A stretch of 19,796 nt of DNA from Octopus sinensis (GCF_006345805.1 NW_021824069.1:1-19796), one strand, 5' to 3'; shown: positions 1 through 9,915, numbered from the stretch's first letter. Notes: a model not told the origin generated them from the sequence alone. Program-made: numbers and translations.

Positions 1-16
1 TGAATTTAGATGGTTA

Positions 17-122
17 TGTGTACATATATACATACATACATACACAAATACATACATATATATGTACGTATATATTTACATGTATATATATATAGTATAT
101 ATATACAGATATATATATATAG

Positions 123-154
<32 letters not shown>

Positions 155-700
155 AGTATATGTATATATATATATTATATTATATATATATATATGATAT
201 ATATCTATGTATATATAATATATATCCTATATATTATATATATATAATATATATATTATATATATATATATAGATATATCCATCTGTGTGTATCTATTTA
301 GTGGTACGCTTAGTTGTTTACTAAATAGAGAGAGGATAATAAGATGAATAAAGTGTAAAAAAAGTAGGAAAAAATTGTGGATAACATTAGACGATACGGG
401 TTGTAATAAGTAGGTAACTTTCCATCTAACGAGTGTATGAGTCTGAAATACACACACACACACATATATAAATATATATATATTTATATATATATATATA
501 GGAGAGAGAGAGAGAGATAGATGCGTATAAATACATATACTTATGGTATAGATGGATATAGATATAACTATTTGTATACAAAAACATATATATATTATAT
601 ATATAATATGGATATATATATACATATATATATCCATATACATATACATATGTATACATATATATATATGTGAGTGTATGTGTGTGTATGTATGCCTATA
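17..700. repeat. Compound (TA)n/(CA)n/(AG)n microsatellite region with a short unique island (~270-445)
   Basis: Direct inspection. Confidence 0.9.
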
Positions 701-701
701 T

Positions 702-868
702 GGGTAGAGGACATCAGCAACAGCAAACAACATGAAATACGAAAACAAATGTGTTAAATACACCAACAACCAGAGAAAGAAATGGAAAACAGGCCAAGTA
801 ACACAAAGAACGACCTTTTATCAGTTGTCGGCTGTCTATCTATTTCTCATTTCGAGCATTGTACGACA

Positions 869-870
<2 letters not shown>
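702..870 (-). mobile_element. Dispersed repeat fragment, possibly the terminal region of a Penelope-like element
   Basis: Aligns by eye with 7343-7515: gggtagaggacatc vs gggtacaggacacc, atgaaatacgaaaaca vs atgagaaacgaaaaca, tctatttctcatttcga vs tctattccacgtttcga. Family assignment is inference. Confidence 0.4.
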
Positions 871-911
<41 letters not shown>

Positions 912-1054
912 ATATAGAGGGCATAATTATACATACATGCCAGGAGGCATTATATATACCTGCCAAACGCTAAGAGGGACAATCAGTCATTTCTACCAAA
1001 AATATTTCTAATCCCACCGAATGCAACTTTTCAAAGTAAGACATTTAAAAATAT

Positions 1055-1102
1055 AGGCCTGTATCACAGTGATTTCATACTTACGTAATCATCAGCAGGC
1101 CT
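1055..1102 (-). ncRNA. Type I hammerhead ribozyme, unit 1 (matches the array consensus)
   Basis: Minus strand reads AGGCCUG-CUGAUGA-UUAC GUAA GUAU-GAAA-UCACUGUGAU-A-CAGGCCU. Stem I AGGCCUG/CAGGCCU is 7 perfect bp, stem III is AUCA/UGAU, and predicted cleavage follows AUA (between 1062 and 1061). Confidence 0.88.
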
Positions 1103-1539
1103 GAATGTATTATAAAAACAACGACCTTGCCTCGCTTAAGCCGAACAGCTAACTGATCAACATCAACGAAGCACATGGGTGAGTTTATATATATTACATC
1201 GGGTGAATGTGAATGACAAACTTTTACAAAATTGCATTTCGGGAGAAAAAAGTTTTTTCGGAATAAAAATTTTGCAATTAAGGACAACTACTAATAAGGA
1301 AAACTTAACAAGAAATTGTCAGGTAGATAGCGTTAAAAACCTCATAAGAGAAAAAATTTCGAAAATAATTATTTCTTATTGAACATATTAATTATATATA
1401 GAGGGCATAATTATACATACATGCCAGGAGGCATTATATATACCTGCCAAACGCTAAGAGGACAATCAGTCATTTCTACCAAAAATATTTCTAATCCCAC
1501 CGAATGCAACTTTTCAAAGTAAGACATTTAAAAATATAT

Positions 1540-1587
1540 AGGCCTGTATCACAGTGATTTCATACTTACGTAATCATCAGCAGGCCT
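1540..1587 (-). ncRNA. Type I hammerhead ribozyme, unit 2 (matches the array consensus)
   Basis: Same 48 nt as unit 1. Confidence 0.88.
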
Positions 1588-2016
1588 GAATGTATATAAA
1601 TAAACAACGACCTTGCCTCGCTTAAGCCGAACAGCTAACTGATCAACATCAACGAAGCACATGGGTGAGTTTATATATATTACATCCGGGTGAATGACAA
1701 ACTTTTACAAAATTGCATTTCGGGAGGAGGAAAGTTTTTTCGGAATAAAAATTTTGCAATTAAGGACAACTACTTAATAAGGAAAACTAACAAGAAATTG
1801 TCAGGTAGATAGCGTAAAAACCTCATAAGAGAAAAAATTTCGAAAATAATTATTTCTTATTGAACATATTAATTATATATAGAGGGCATAATATACATAC
1901 ATGCCAGGAGGCATTATATTACCTGCCAACGCTAAGAGGGACAATCAGTCATTCTACCAAAAATATTACTAATCCCACCGAATGCAACTTTTCAAAGTAA
2001 GACATTTAAAAATATA

Positions 2017-2064
2017 TGGCCTGTATCACAGTGATTTCATACTTACGTAATCATCAGCAGGCCT
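2017..2064 (-). ncRNA. Type I hammerhead ribozyme, unit 3 (outermost stem I pair lost)
   Basis: Plus strand reads tggcctg instead of aggcctg; core unchanged. Confidence 0.82.
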
Positions 2065-2503
2065 GAATGTATTATAAATAAACAACGACCCTTCCTCGCT
2101 TAAGCCGAACAGCTAACTGATCAACATCAACGAAGCACATGAGTGAGTTTATATATATTACATCCGGGTGAATGGCAAACTTTTACAAAATTGCATTTCG
2201 GGAGAGGAAAAGTTTTTTCGGAATAAAAATTTTGCAATTAAGGACAAACTATTAATAAGGAAAACTTACAACAAGAAATTGTCAGGTAGATAGCGTAAAA
2301 ACCTCATAAGAGAAAAAAAAATTTCGAAAATAATTATTTCTATTGAACATATTAATTATATAGAGGGCATAATTATACATACATGCCAGGAGGCATTATA
2401 TATATACCTGCCAAACGCTAAGAGGGACAATCAGTCATTTCTACCAAAAATATTACTAATCCCACCGAATGCAACTTTTCAAAGTAAGACATTTAAAAAT
2501 TAT

Positions 2504-2554
2504 AGGCCTGTATCACAGTGATTTCATACTTACGTAATCATCATCAGCAGGCCT
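2504..2554 (-). ncRNA. Type I hammerhead ribozyme, unit 4 (3-nt UGA insertion after CUGAUGA)
   Basis: Plus strand reads taatcatcatcagc versus consensus taatcatcagc. Confidence 0.7.
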
Positions 2555-2988
2555 GATGTATTATAAATAAACAACGACCTTGCCTCGCTTAAGCCGAAAA
2601 GCTAACTGATCAACATCAACGAAGCACATGAGTGAGTTTATATATATTACATCCGGGTGAATGGCAAACTTTTACAAAATTGCATTTCGGAGAGGAAAAG
2701 TTTTTTCGGAATAAAAATTTTGCAATTAAGGACACTACTTAATAAGGAAAACTTAACAAGAAATTGTCAGGTAGATAGCGTAAAAACCTCATAAGAGAAA
2801 AAATTTCGAAAATAATTATTTCTTATTGAACATATTAATTTATATATAGAGGGCATAATTATACATACATGCCAGGAGGCATTATATATTACCTGCCAAA
2901 CGCTAAGAGGGACAATCAGTCATTTTCTACCAAAAATATTACTAATCCCACGAATGCAACTTTTCAAAGTAAGACATTTAAATATTAT

Positions 2989-3035
2989 AGGCCTGTATCA
3001 CAGTGATTTCATACTTACGTAATCATCAGCAGGCC
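2989..3035 (-). ncRNA. Type I hammerhead ribozyme, unit 5 (outermost stem I base deleted)
   Basis: Plus strand reads caggccg instead of caggcctg; core unchanged. Confidence 0.82.
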
Positions 3036-3468
3036 GAATGTATTATAAATAAACAACGACCTTGCCTCGTAAGCCGAACAGCTAACTGATCAACATCAAC
3101 GAAGCACATGAGTGAGTTTATATATATTACATCCGGGTGAATGGCAAACTTTTACAAAATTGCATTTCGGGAGAGGAAAAGTGTTTTTCGGAATAAAAAT
3201 TTTGCAATTAAGGACAACTACTTAATAGGAAACTTAACAAGAATTGTCAGGTAGATAGCGTAAAAACCTCATAAGAGAAAAAATTCGAAAATAATTATTT
3301 CTTATTGAACATATTAATTTATATATAGAGGGCATAATTATACATACATGCCAGGAGCAATTATATATACCTGACCAAACGCTAAGAGGGACAATCAGTC
3401 ATTTCTACCAAAAATATTTCTAATCCCACCGAATGCAACTTTTCAAAGTAAGACATTTAAAAATATAT

Positions 3469-3516
3469 AGGCCTGTATCACAGTGATTTCATACTTACGT
3501 AATCATCAGCAGGCCT
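3469..3516 (-). ncRNA. Type I hammerhead ribozyme, unit 6 (matches the array consensus)
   Basis: Same 48 nt as unit 1. Confidence 0.88.
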
Positions 3517-3947
3517 GAATGTATTATAAATAAACAACGACCTTGCCTCGCTTAAGCCGAACAGCTAACTGATCAACATCAACGAAGCACATGGGTGAGT
3601 TTATATATATTACATCCGGGTGAATGGCAAACTTTTACAAAATTGCATTTCGGGAGAGGAAAAGTTTTTTCGGAATAAAAATTTTGCAATTAAGGACAAC
3701 TACTTAATAAGGAAAACTTAACAAGAAATTGTCAGGCGATAGCGTAAAAACCTCATAAGAGAAAAAATTTCGAAAATAATTATTTCTTATTGAACATATT
3801 AATTTATATATAGAGGGCATAATTATACATACATGCCAGGAGGCATTTATATACTGCCAAACGCTAAGAGGGACAATCAGTCATTTCTACAAAAATATTA
3901 CTAATCCCACCGAATGCAATTTTCAAAGTAAGACATTTAAAAAATAT

Positions 3948-3994
3948 AGGCCTGTATCACAGTGATTCATACTTACGTAATCATCAGCAGGCCT
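3948..3994 (-). ncRNA. Type I hammerhead ribozyme, unit 7 (one A of GAAA missing; core damaged or sequencing error)
   Basis: Plus strand reads gtgattcat versus consensus gtgatttcat. Confidence 0.65.
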
Positions 3995-4433
3995 GAATGT
4001 ATTATAAATAAACAACGACCTTGCCTCGCTTAAGCCGAACAGCTAACTGATCAACATCAACGAAGCACATGGGTGAGTTTATATATATTACATCCGGGTG
4101 AATGAATGGCAAACTTTTACAAAATTGCATTTCGGGAGAGGAAAAGTTTTTTCGGAATTAAAATTTTGCAATTAAGGACAACTACTTAATAAGGAAAACT
4201 TAACAAGAATTGTCAGGTAGATAGCGTAAAAACCTCATAAGAGAAAAAATTTCGAAAATAATTATTTCTTATTGAACATATTAATTTATATATAGAGGGC
4301 ATAATTATACATACATGCCAGGAGGCATTATATATACCTGCCAAACGCTAAGAGGGACAATCAGTCATTTCTACAAAAATATTACTAATCCCACCGAATG
4401 CAACTTTTCAAAGTAAGACATTTAAAAATATAT

Positions 4434-4481
4434 AGGCCTGTATCACAGTGATTTCATACTTACGTAATCATCAGCAGGCCT
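4434..4481 (-). ncRNA. Type I hammerhead ribozyme, unit 8 (matches the array consensus)
   Basis: Same 48 nt as unit 1. Confidence 0.88.
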
Positions 4482-4917
4482 GAATGTATTATAATAAACA
4501 ACGACCTTGCCTCGCTTAAGCCGAACAGCTAAACGAAAGCAACGATCCATCACGAAGCACATGGGTGAGTTTATATATATTACATCCGGGAATGGCAACT
4601 TTTACAAAATTGCATTTCGGGAGAGGAAAAGTTTTTTCGGAATAAAAATTTTGCAATTAAGGACAACTACTTAATAAGGAAAACTTAACAAGAAATTGTC
4701 AGGTAGATAGCGTAAAAACCTCATAAGAGAAAAAATTTCGAAAATAATTATTTCTTATTGAACATATTAATTTATATATAGGGCATAATTATACATACAT
4801 GCCAGGAGGCATTATATATACCTGCCAAACGCTAAGAGGGACAATCAGTCATTTCTACCAAAAATATTACTAATCCCACCGAATGCACTTTTCAAAGTAA
4901 GACATTTAAAAATATAT

Positions 4918-4965
4918 AGGCCTGTATCACAGTGATTTCATACTTACGTAATCATCAGCAGGCCT
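4918..4965 (-). ncRNA. Type I hammerhead ribozyme, unit 9 (matches the array consensus)
   Basis: Same 48 nt as unit 1. Confidence 0.88.
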
Positions 4966-5402
4966 GAATGTATTATAAATAAACAACGACCTTGCCTCGC
5001 TTAAGCCGAACAGCTAACTGATCAACATCAACGAAGCACATGGGTGAGTTTATATATATTACATCCGGGTGAATGGCAAACTTTTACAAAATTGCATTTC
5101 GGGAGAGGAAAAGTTTTTTTTGGAATAAAAATTTTGCAATTAAGGACACTACTTAATAAGGAAAACTTAACAAAAAATTGTCAGGTAGATAGCGTAAAAA
5201 CCTCATAAGAGAAAAAATTTCGAAAATAATTATTTCTTATTGAACATATTAATTTATATATAGAGGGCATAATTATACATACATGCCAGGAGGCATTATA
5301 TATACCTGCCAAACGCTAAGAGGGACAATCAGTCATTTCTACCAAAAATATTACTAATCCCACCGAATGCAACTTTTCAAAGTAAGACATTTAAAAATAT
5401 AT

Positions 5403-5451
5403 AGGCCTGTAATCACAGTGATTTCATACTTACGTAATCATCAGCAGGCCT
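5403..5451 (-). ncRNA. Type I hammerhead ribozyme, unit 10 (extra U at the cleavage site)
   Basis: Plus strand reads cctgtaatcac versus consensus cctgtatcac. Confidence 0.7.
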
Positions 5452-5769
5452 GAATGTATTATAAATAAACAACGACCTTGCCTCGCTTAAGCCGAACAGC
5501 TAACTGATCAACATCAACGAAGCACATGGGTGAGTTTATATATATTACATCCGGGTGAATGGCAAACTTTTACAAAATTGCATTTCGGGAGAGGAAAAGT
5601 TTTTTCGGAATAAAAATTTTGCAATTAAGGACAACTACTTAATAAGGAAAACTTAACAAGAAATTGTCAGGTAGATAGCGTAAAAACCTCATAAGAGAAA
5701 AAATTTCGAAAATAATTATTTCTTATTGAACATATTAATTTATATATAGAGGGCATAATTATACATACA

Positions 5770-6086
5770 TGCTGATGATTACGTAAGTATGAAATCACTG
5801 TGATACAGGCCTATATATTTTTAAATGTCTTACTTTGAAAAGTTGCATTCGGTGGGATTAGTAATATTTTTGGTAGAAATGACTGATTGTCCCTCTTAGC
5901 GTTTGGCAGGTATATATAATGCCTCCTGGCATGTATGTATAATTATGCCCTCTATATATAAATTAATATGTTCAATAAGAAAAACAATTATTTTCGAAAT
6001 TTTTCTCTTATGAGGTTTTTACGCTATCTACCTGACAATTTCTTGTTAGTTTTCCTTATTAAGTAGTTGTCCTTAATTGCAAAATT
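5770..6086 (+). repeat. Inverted partial copy of the array unit (317 bp), starting with a 5'-truncated hammerhead
   Basis: Reverse complement of the unit from tgctgatgattacg to gtccttaattgcaaaatt. Core CTGATGA...GAAA...ATA CAGGCCT lies at 5772-5812, but the 5' strand of stem I is missing. TGC microhomology at 5770-5772. Confidence 0.92.
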
Positions 6087-6259
6087 ATATATATTATATA
6101 TAATATATATATATAACAAGAGAGACAGAGACAGGCAGAAACAAGGAAATGGTCTCAAAGCACTGAAACCGGTATGAAATGTTCTTTATAAAATTATTTT
6201 AGCATTTTCTATCTTGACTTGTTTTTTCATATATATCAACTCGTGTGCTCCTTCTCATC

Positions 6260-6286
6260 CTTATACACATATATATATGTATGTAA

Positions 6287-6357
<71 letters not shown>

Positions 6358-6630
6358 TAGATATAGATATATATAGATAGATAGATAGATAGATATAGAT
6401 ATAGATATAGATATAGAAATGTATGTATGTATATAGATATATGTATGTATATGTATATATATATAGATATATATATACATTTATTTACATATTTATATAT
6501 ATATTAATATATATATTGCATATGTACATATGTGTTGCGTATACCTATACACAAAAATATACACATATACATAAGTGTGAATGTATGTATGTAATGTTGT
6601 ATGTATATATATATGTATGTATGTATATAG
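6260..6630. repeat. (TA)n/(AG)n/(TAGA)n/(TATG)n compound microsatellite
   Basis: Direct inspection. Confidence 0.9.
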
Positions 6631-6862
6631 CTTTCAGAAATAATCCAGATGCTAAAATTTATTAGAACAATCCATAAACGTGATCTTTCGGGAAACATAC
6701 AAGAATTTTGGTATCTGCAATTAGTAATGGAAAGTCGTAAAAGAATTATCGATATATCGGCAGATTCCGTTTTCTTTGCTATTTCCCTGGCGTATTTCCA
6801 GGGCTACATATAATCAACTGATATATATGATGCAATCTGTAAAGACTGCTTACGATTTTCTA

Positions 6863-6925
6863 GTTCTCTCTTCCGCTGATGAAAATATCACGTGGTATAT
6901 TTGAAAACTTGTACTTTTAGAGAAC
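6863..6925 (+). ncRNA. Degenerate hammerhead-like motif, unrelated in sequence to the array
   Basis: CTGATGA (6876-6882), 6-bp stem AAATAT/ATATTT, then GAAAAC-TT-GTA. Distal helix GTTCTCT/AGAGAAC. Proximal stem I is only 1 bp and there is an extra A in GAAAA. Confidence 0.35.
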
Positions 6926-7027
6926 GTAATTGAGATGCGGAGGCAAATGTACTTTTATATGGTTATATTCCCATAGGATAAGATAATACTACGTCTATTC
7001 GACTTTACGTAGGTGTTTATATATACA

Positions 7028-7050
7028 CAGTACATCCTCGATTTTCGAAC
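7028..7050 (+). mobile_element. Possible pogo/Tigger-type TIR remnant
   Basis: CAGTACATCCTCGATTTTCGAAC resembles the CAGT..CCTCG..TTCGAAC style of Tigger termini (from recall, not searched). Confidence 0.3.
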
Positions 7051-7106
7051 AACTGTGATGAAGAGTGAAGCGTACTTTATCTCGTGTCCTACTCATATTC
7101 ATTTGA

Positions 7107-7150
7107 TACAGTGGTACCACGGTTTACGGACGCCTCTGATCACGAATAAA
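7107..7150 (+). mobile_element. Possible pogo/Tigger-type TIR remnant with TA target
   Basis: TA-CAGTGGTACCACGGTTTACGGACG; same orientation as 7028-7050, and no matching opposite end is seen. Confidence 0.35.
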
Positions 7151-7212
7151 TAGTGCTTTGATGTATCTATATCTATCTATCTACCTATCTATCTATCTAT
7201 CTCACTCTCTCG

Positions 7213-7263
<51 letters not shown>

Positions 7264-7342
7264 ATATAATAACAAATTAATAAATAAAACATATACATAT
7301 ATGTACGTACCTACATCTACATGTATATATACATGCATATAT

Positions 7343-7890
7343 GGGTACAGGACACCAAAAAACGTCGAACACAATGAGAAACGAAAACATAAACACAAAA
7401 CCAAGGAAATGGACATTTTTCTTAAACAACGAAAAAATAGAGTACAGGACATACAACACTAGGAAAATTCCCCCTCTTCAGTCGCCTCTGTTTCATCTAT
7501 TCCACGTTTCGAAGGTCAAGGCGAGACACGACTTCAGTGAAACATTCCGTCCCGCAAAAAGAAAATTAAATAAAATTTGAGGTTTTTTGCGGAAGGGTAA
7601 AAATGGTAGCAAAAATAGGACAGTAAAGACAGTAAAAATTATAAACAGTAAAAGACAGGGCAAGGAGAATAACAGTAACACAAACAATGAGGGCTGTTAA
7701 GCCAAACGAGAGAAAATATTACGAACGCCTGTTGAGAATGGCAGAGAGAGACACAGAAAAGCGGTCTACGCTCGGGGGAAGCGAGGTCAGAAAGACAGTA
7801 GTTTTCTCGTCGCTGGTCAACGACGGAACAGAGGAGGAGTAAGAGAGAGGGGGGAAAGGGAACGGTTGTAGAGAAAATCAGAAAGAATGA
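7343..7890 (-). mobile_element. Dispersed repeat fragment, possibly Penelope-like, non-coding
   Basis: Left part is homologous to 702-870 and contains CGAAACGT on the minus strand. No ORF. Right boundary is approximate. Confidence 0.4.
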
Positions 7891-7917
7891 AGAATGAGAG
7901 AGATACATAAGTATATA

Positions 7918-7974
<57 letters not shown>

Positions 7975-8569
7975 ATATAATATAATATATATATATATAT
8001 AGCATTGTGGCCGAACCTTCGGTGTGTAAACGTGTATCTCCTTAACATATTCGGAAAGAGAAGAGTATTTTAGATAATGTATTTACAATATATCCCTAAT
8101 GCGTTTACCTACAGTTTCGGTCAGTAGCCGTTCACGGGCAGCCAAACAAGAAAGAACATTCACAATGCAGAATAATAGGAGGATTTTCCTAGAAGCAAAT
8201 ACATGAAAAATTTCCAGCTTTGGAATGGATTGAGAGCTATCACGGACACGATAAACGCCGCGATAGCGACAATAAATCTTTCTATATGTTTCTGCTTTAT
8301 ATACATAATTACATGCATACATACACATTGATATATATATATATATGTGTGTGTGTTTGTGTGTGTATCTGAGCCCCCCCCCCACACACACAGATATGTA
8401 TATATACACAAACCTATGAATTTATTCATTTTATTGACCCTAAGCCACGTGTATCTTTTCAGTGTATTTAAGCATTCCTGTCAGAGGCAATACAAACACA
8501 TTCCACATATGCGTTCGCACATTCAAAATTACAAAACTGAACAAAATATACATCAGATAAGTATATATA

Positions 8570-8600
<31 letters not shown>

Positions 8601-8657
8601 GTGTGTGTTTATGTGTATGTGTGCGTGTGTGTGTGTATGGAGAGAGAGAGAGAGAGA

Positions 8658-8777
8658 GAGCAACGGCTCGAAATGTTAAACCATCTTTCTTTCCTTCACT
8701 GAGCGTCAGCTAATACTTTATATGGACCAACTCTCGCGATGTTGTGATTTTGTGTTTGTTCTTTTTAGGATTTACTG
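8658..8777 (+). mobile_element. Possible Penelope-like pLTR remnant with half of a minimal hammerhead
   Basis: GAGC-AACG-GCTC-GAAATGTTA, the same stem II/GAAA pattern as 19406-19424. The CTGANGA side is replaced by (AG)n. Confidence 0.35.
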
Positions 8778-8842
8778 TATATATATATATATATATATAC
8801 ATATATAAAGATATATATATATGTAATTATATATATATATAT

Positions 8843-8877
<35 letters not shown>

Positions 8878-9012
8878 CATACAACACATGTATATAAGCA
8901 TGCATATATATATACGTATATATACATGCGTATTTGTGCACGTGTTTAAACGTACATTCATTTATATAGATAGATAAATATATACATATATATATATAGC
9001 TAGATAGATATA

Positions 9013-9055
<43 letters not shown>

Positions 9056-9093
9056 GTACATATATACATATATATTCATACTTACATACATGC

Positions 9094-9124
<31 letters not shown>

Positions 9125-9715
9125 TTCGTTGCGCCTATCTGTCTATCAGACCGTGTTTATTTAATCCTGAAAACCTTTTTTCCAACATTACTGCAATCCT
9201 TATACAGAAAGAATGATTCTGCATCACATCACAACCCTCATAATGGAGGGATTGATTGCACAAAACCCACATCGAAATTGTATCTGCATAATAAGTAATA
9301 TACGGAAAACGCAAAACGCAAAACAAATTATATTATACCAAAGGACCTGATTAACAGCAGCAAATGCAAATACAAATATATATATATGCTTTTTATTTCC
9401 TGTTACTTTCCTTTTTTCCATGAGCGGATTCGCTTTAGCTCTTTCGATTCTGTCTTTCTCATCGTATGATATAATTCAGTAAGCCATATACGATTCGTAG
9501 TATGCTAGTCTGTAGTATTATAATTTTGTAATTTTCTATAAATTGATGTAACTAATATGATAATACAAAACAGAGCTATACAACTGAGCTAAACGAAATG
9601 AAATCACTGTTGGTTTTTTTTTATATATGATCTGCGTACAAAAGGGCAAATATTGGCAAATTTGAGTGATAGCAATGTATCGGTTAAAATCTTCCAATCT
9701 CGCGCTTTGTTTTCC

Positions 9716-9738
9716 ATCTATCTATCTATCTATCTATA

Positions 9739-9777
<39 letters not shown>

Positions 9778-9858
9778 ATCTATCTATCTATCTATCTATC
9801 TAACTATCTATCTATCAATTTATCTACCTATCTATATATATATGTCTGTCTGCACGTT

Positions 9859-9891
<33 letters not shown>

Positions 9892-9915
9892 GTCTGTCTG
9901 TCTATCTATCTACCT
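9716..9915. repeat. (TCTA)n/(CT)n microsatellite
   Basis: Direct inspection. Confidence 0.92.

Larger units (their letters stand above)
904..5772 (-). mobile_element. Tandem array of ~483-bp hammerhead-containing units (candidate non-LTR retrozyme / ribozyme satellite): 10 full units plus the start of an 11th
   Basis: Anchor GAGGGCATAA recurs at about 917, 1401, 1882, 2363, 2849, 3328, 3813, 4295, 4779, 5263 and 5749 (period 479-486). Units are near-identical and each has a type I hammerhead on the minus strand. No coding capacity. Strand is given as the ribozyme sense. Confidence 0.85.

Noticed and set aside
62-769. Y/I/M-rich ORFs here and throughout the track (e.g. 13388-14200, 14643-15194)
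   Set aside because: Translations of (TA)n, (CA)n and (ATT)n repeats that lack stops by composition; no protein features.
1075-1095. ATACTTAC resembling the U1 snRNA 5' end, and TGATGA resembling a snoRNA box C
   Set aside because: No U1 body or Sm site follows, and no suitably placed box D or terminal stem. The hammerhead fold explains these bases.
1148-1180. CTGATCA...CGAAG on the plus strand as a possible opposite-polarity ribozyme
   Set aside because: G8 and GAAA are not conserved and no stems form.
1081-1382. ORFs 1081-1287 (-) and 1179-1382 (+) within unit 1
   Set aside because: Not kept open in the other units and show no recognisable domain.
4531-4553. Scrambled segment in unit 8
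   Set aside because: Looks like a local long-read error burst; cannot be interpreted without reads.
904-5772. Array as CRISPR, 5S rDNA, tRNA or snRNA cluster
   Set aside because: No repeat-spacer structure and no 5S, tRNA or snRNA sequence in the unit.
7470-7515. Minus-strand CCUUC-GAAAC...CUGAAGA-GGGGG as a type II hammerhead
   Set aside because: The triplet would be GUG (not NUH) and stem I does not form.
8190-8295. Possible host exon (plus: KQIHEKFPALEWIESYHGHDKRR; minus: FIVAIAAFIVSVIALNPFQSWKF)
   Set aside because: Splice sites are weak and no family is recognised. tBLASTx or RNA-seq would be needed.
9135-9300. Unique island with open frames and a candidate acceptor (ctatcag)
   Set aside because: No recognisable protein; open frames of this length are expected by chance.
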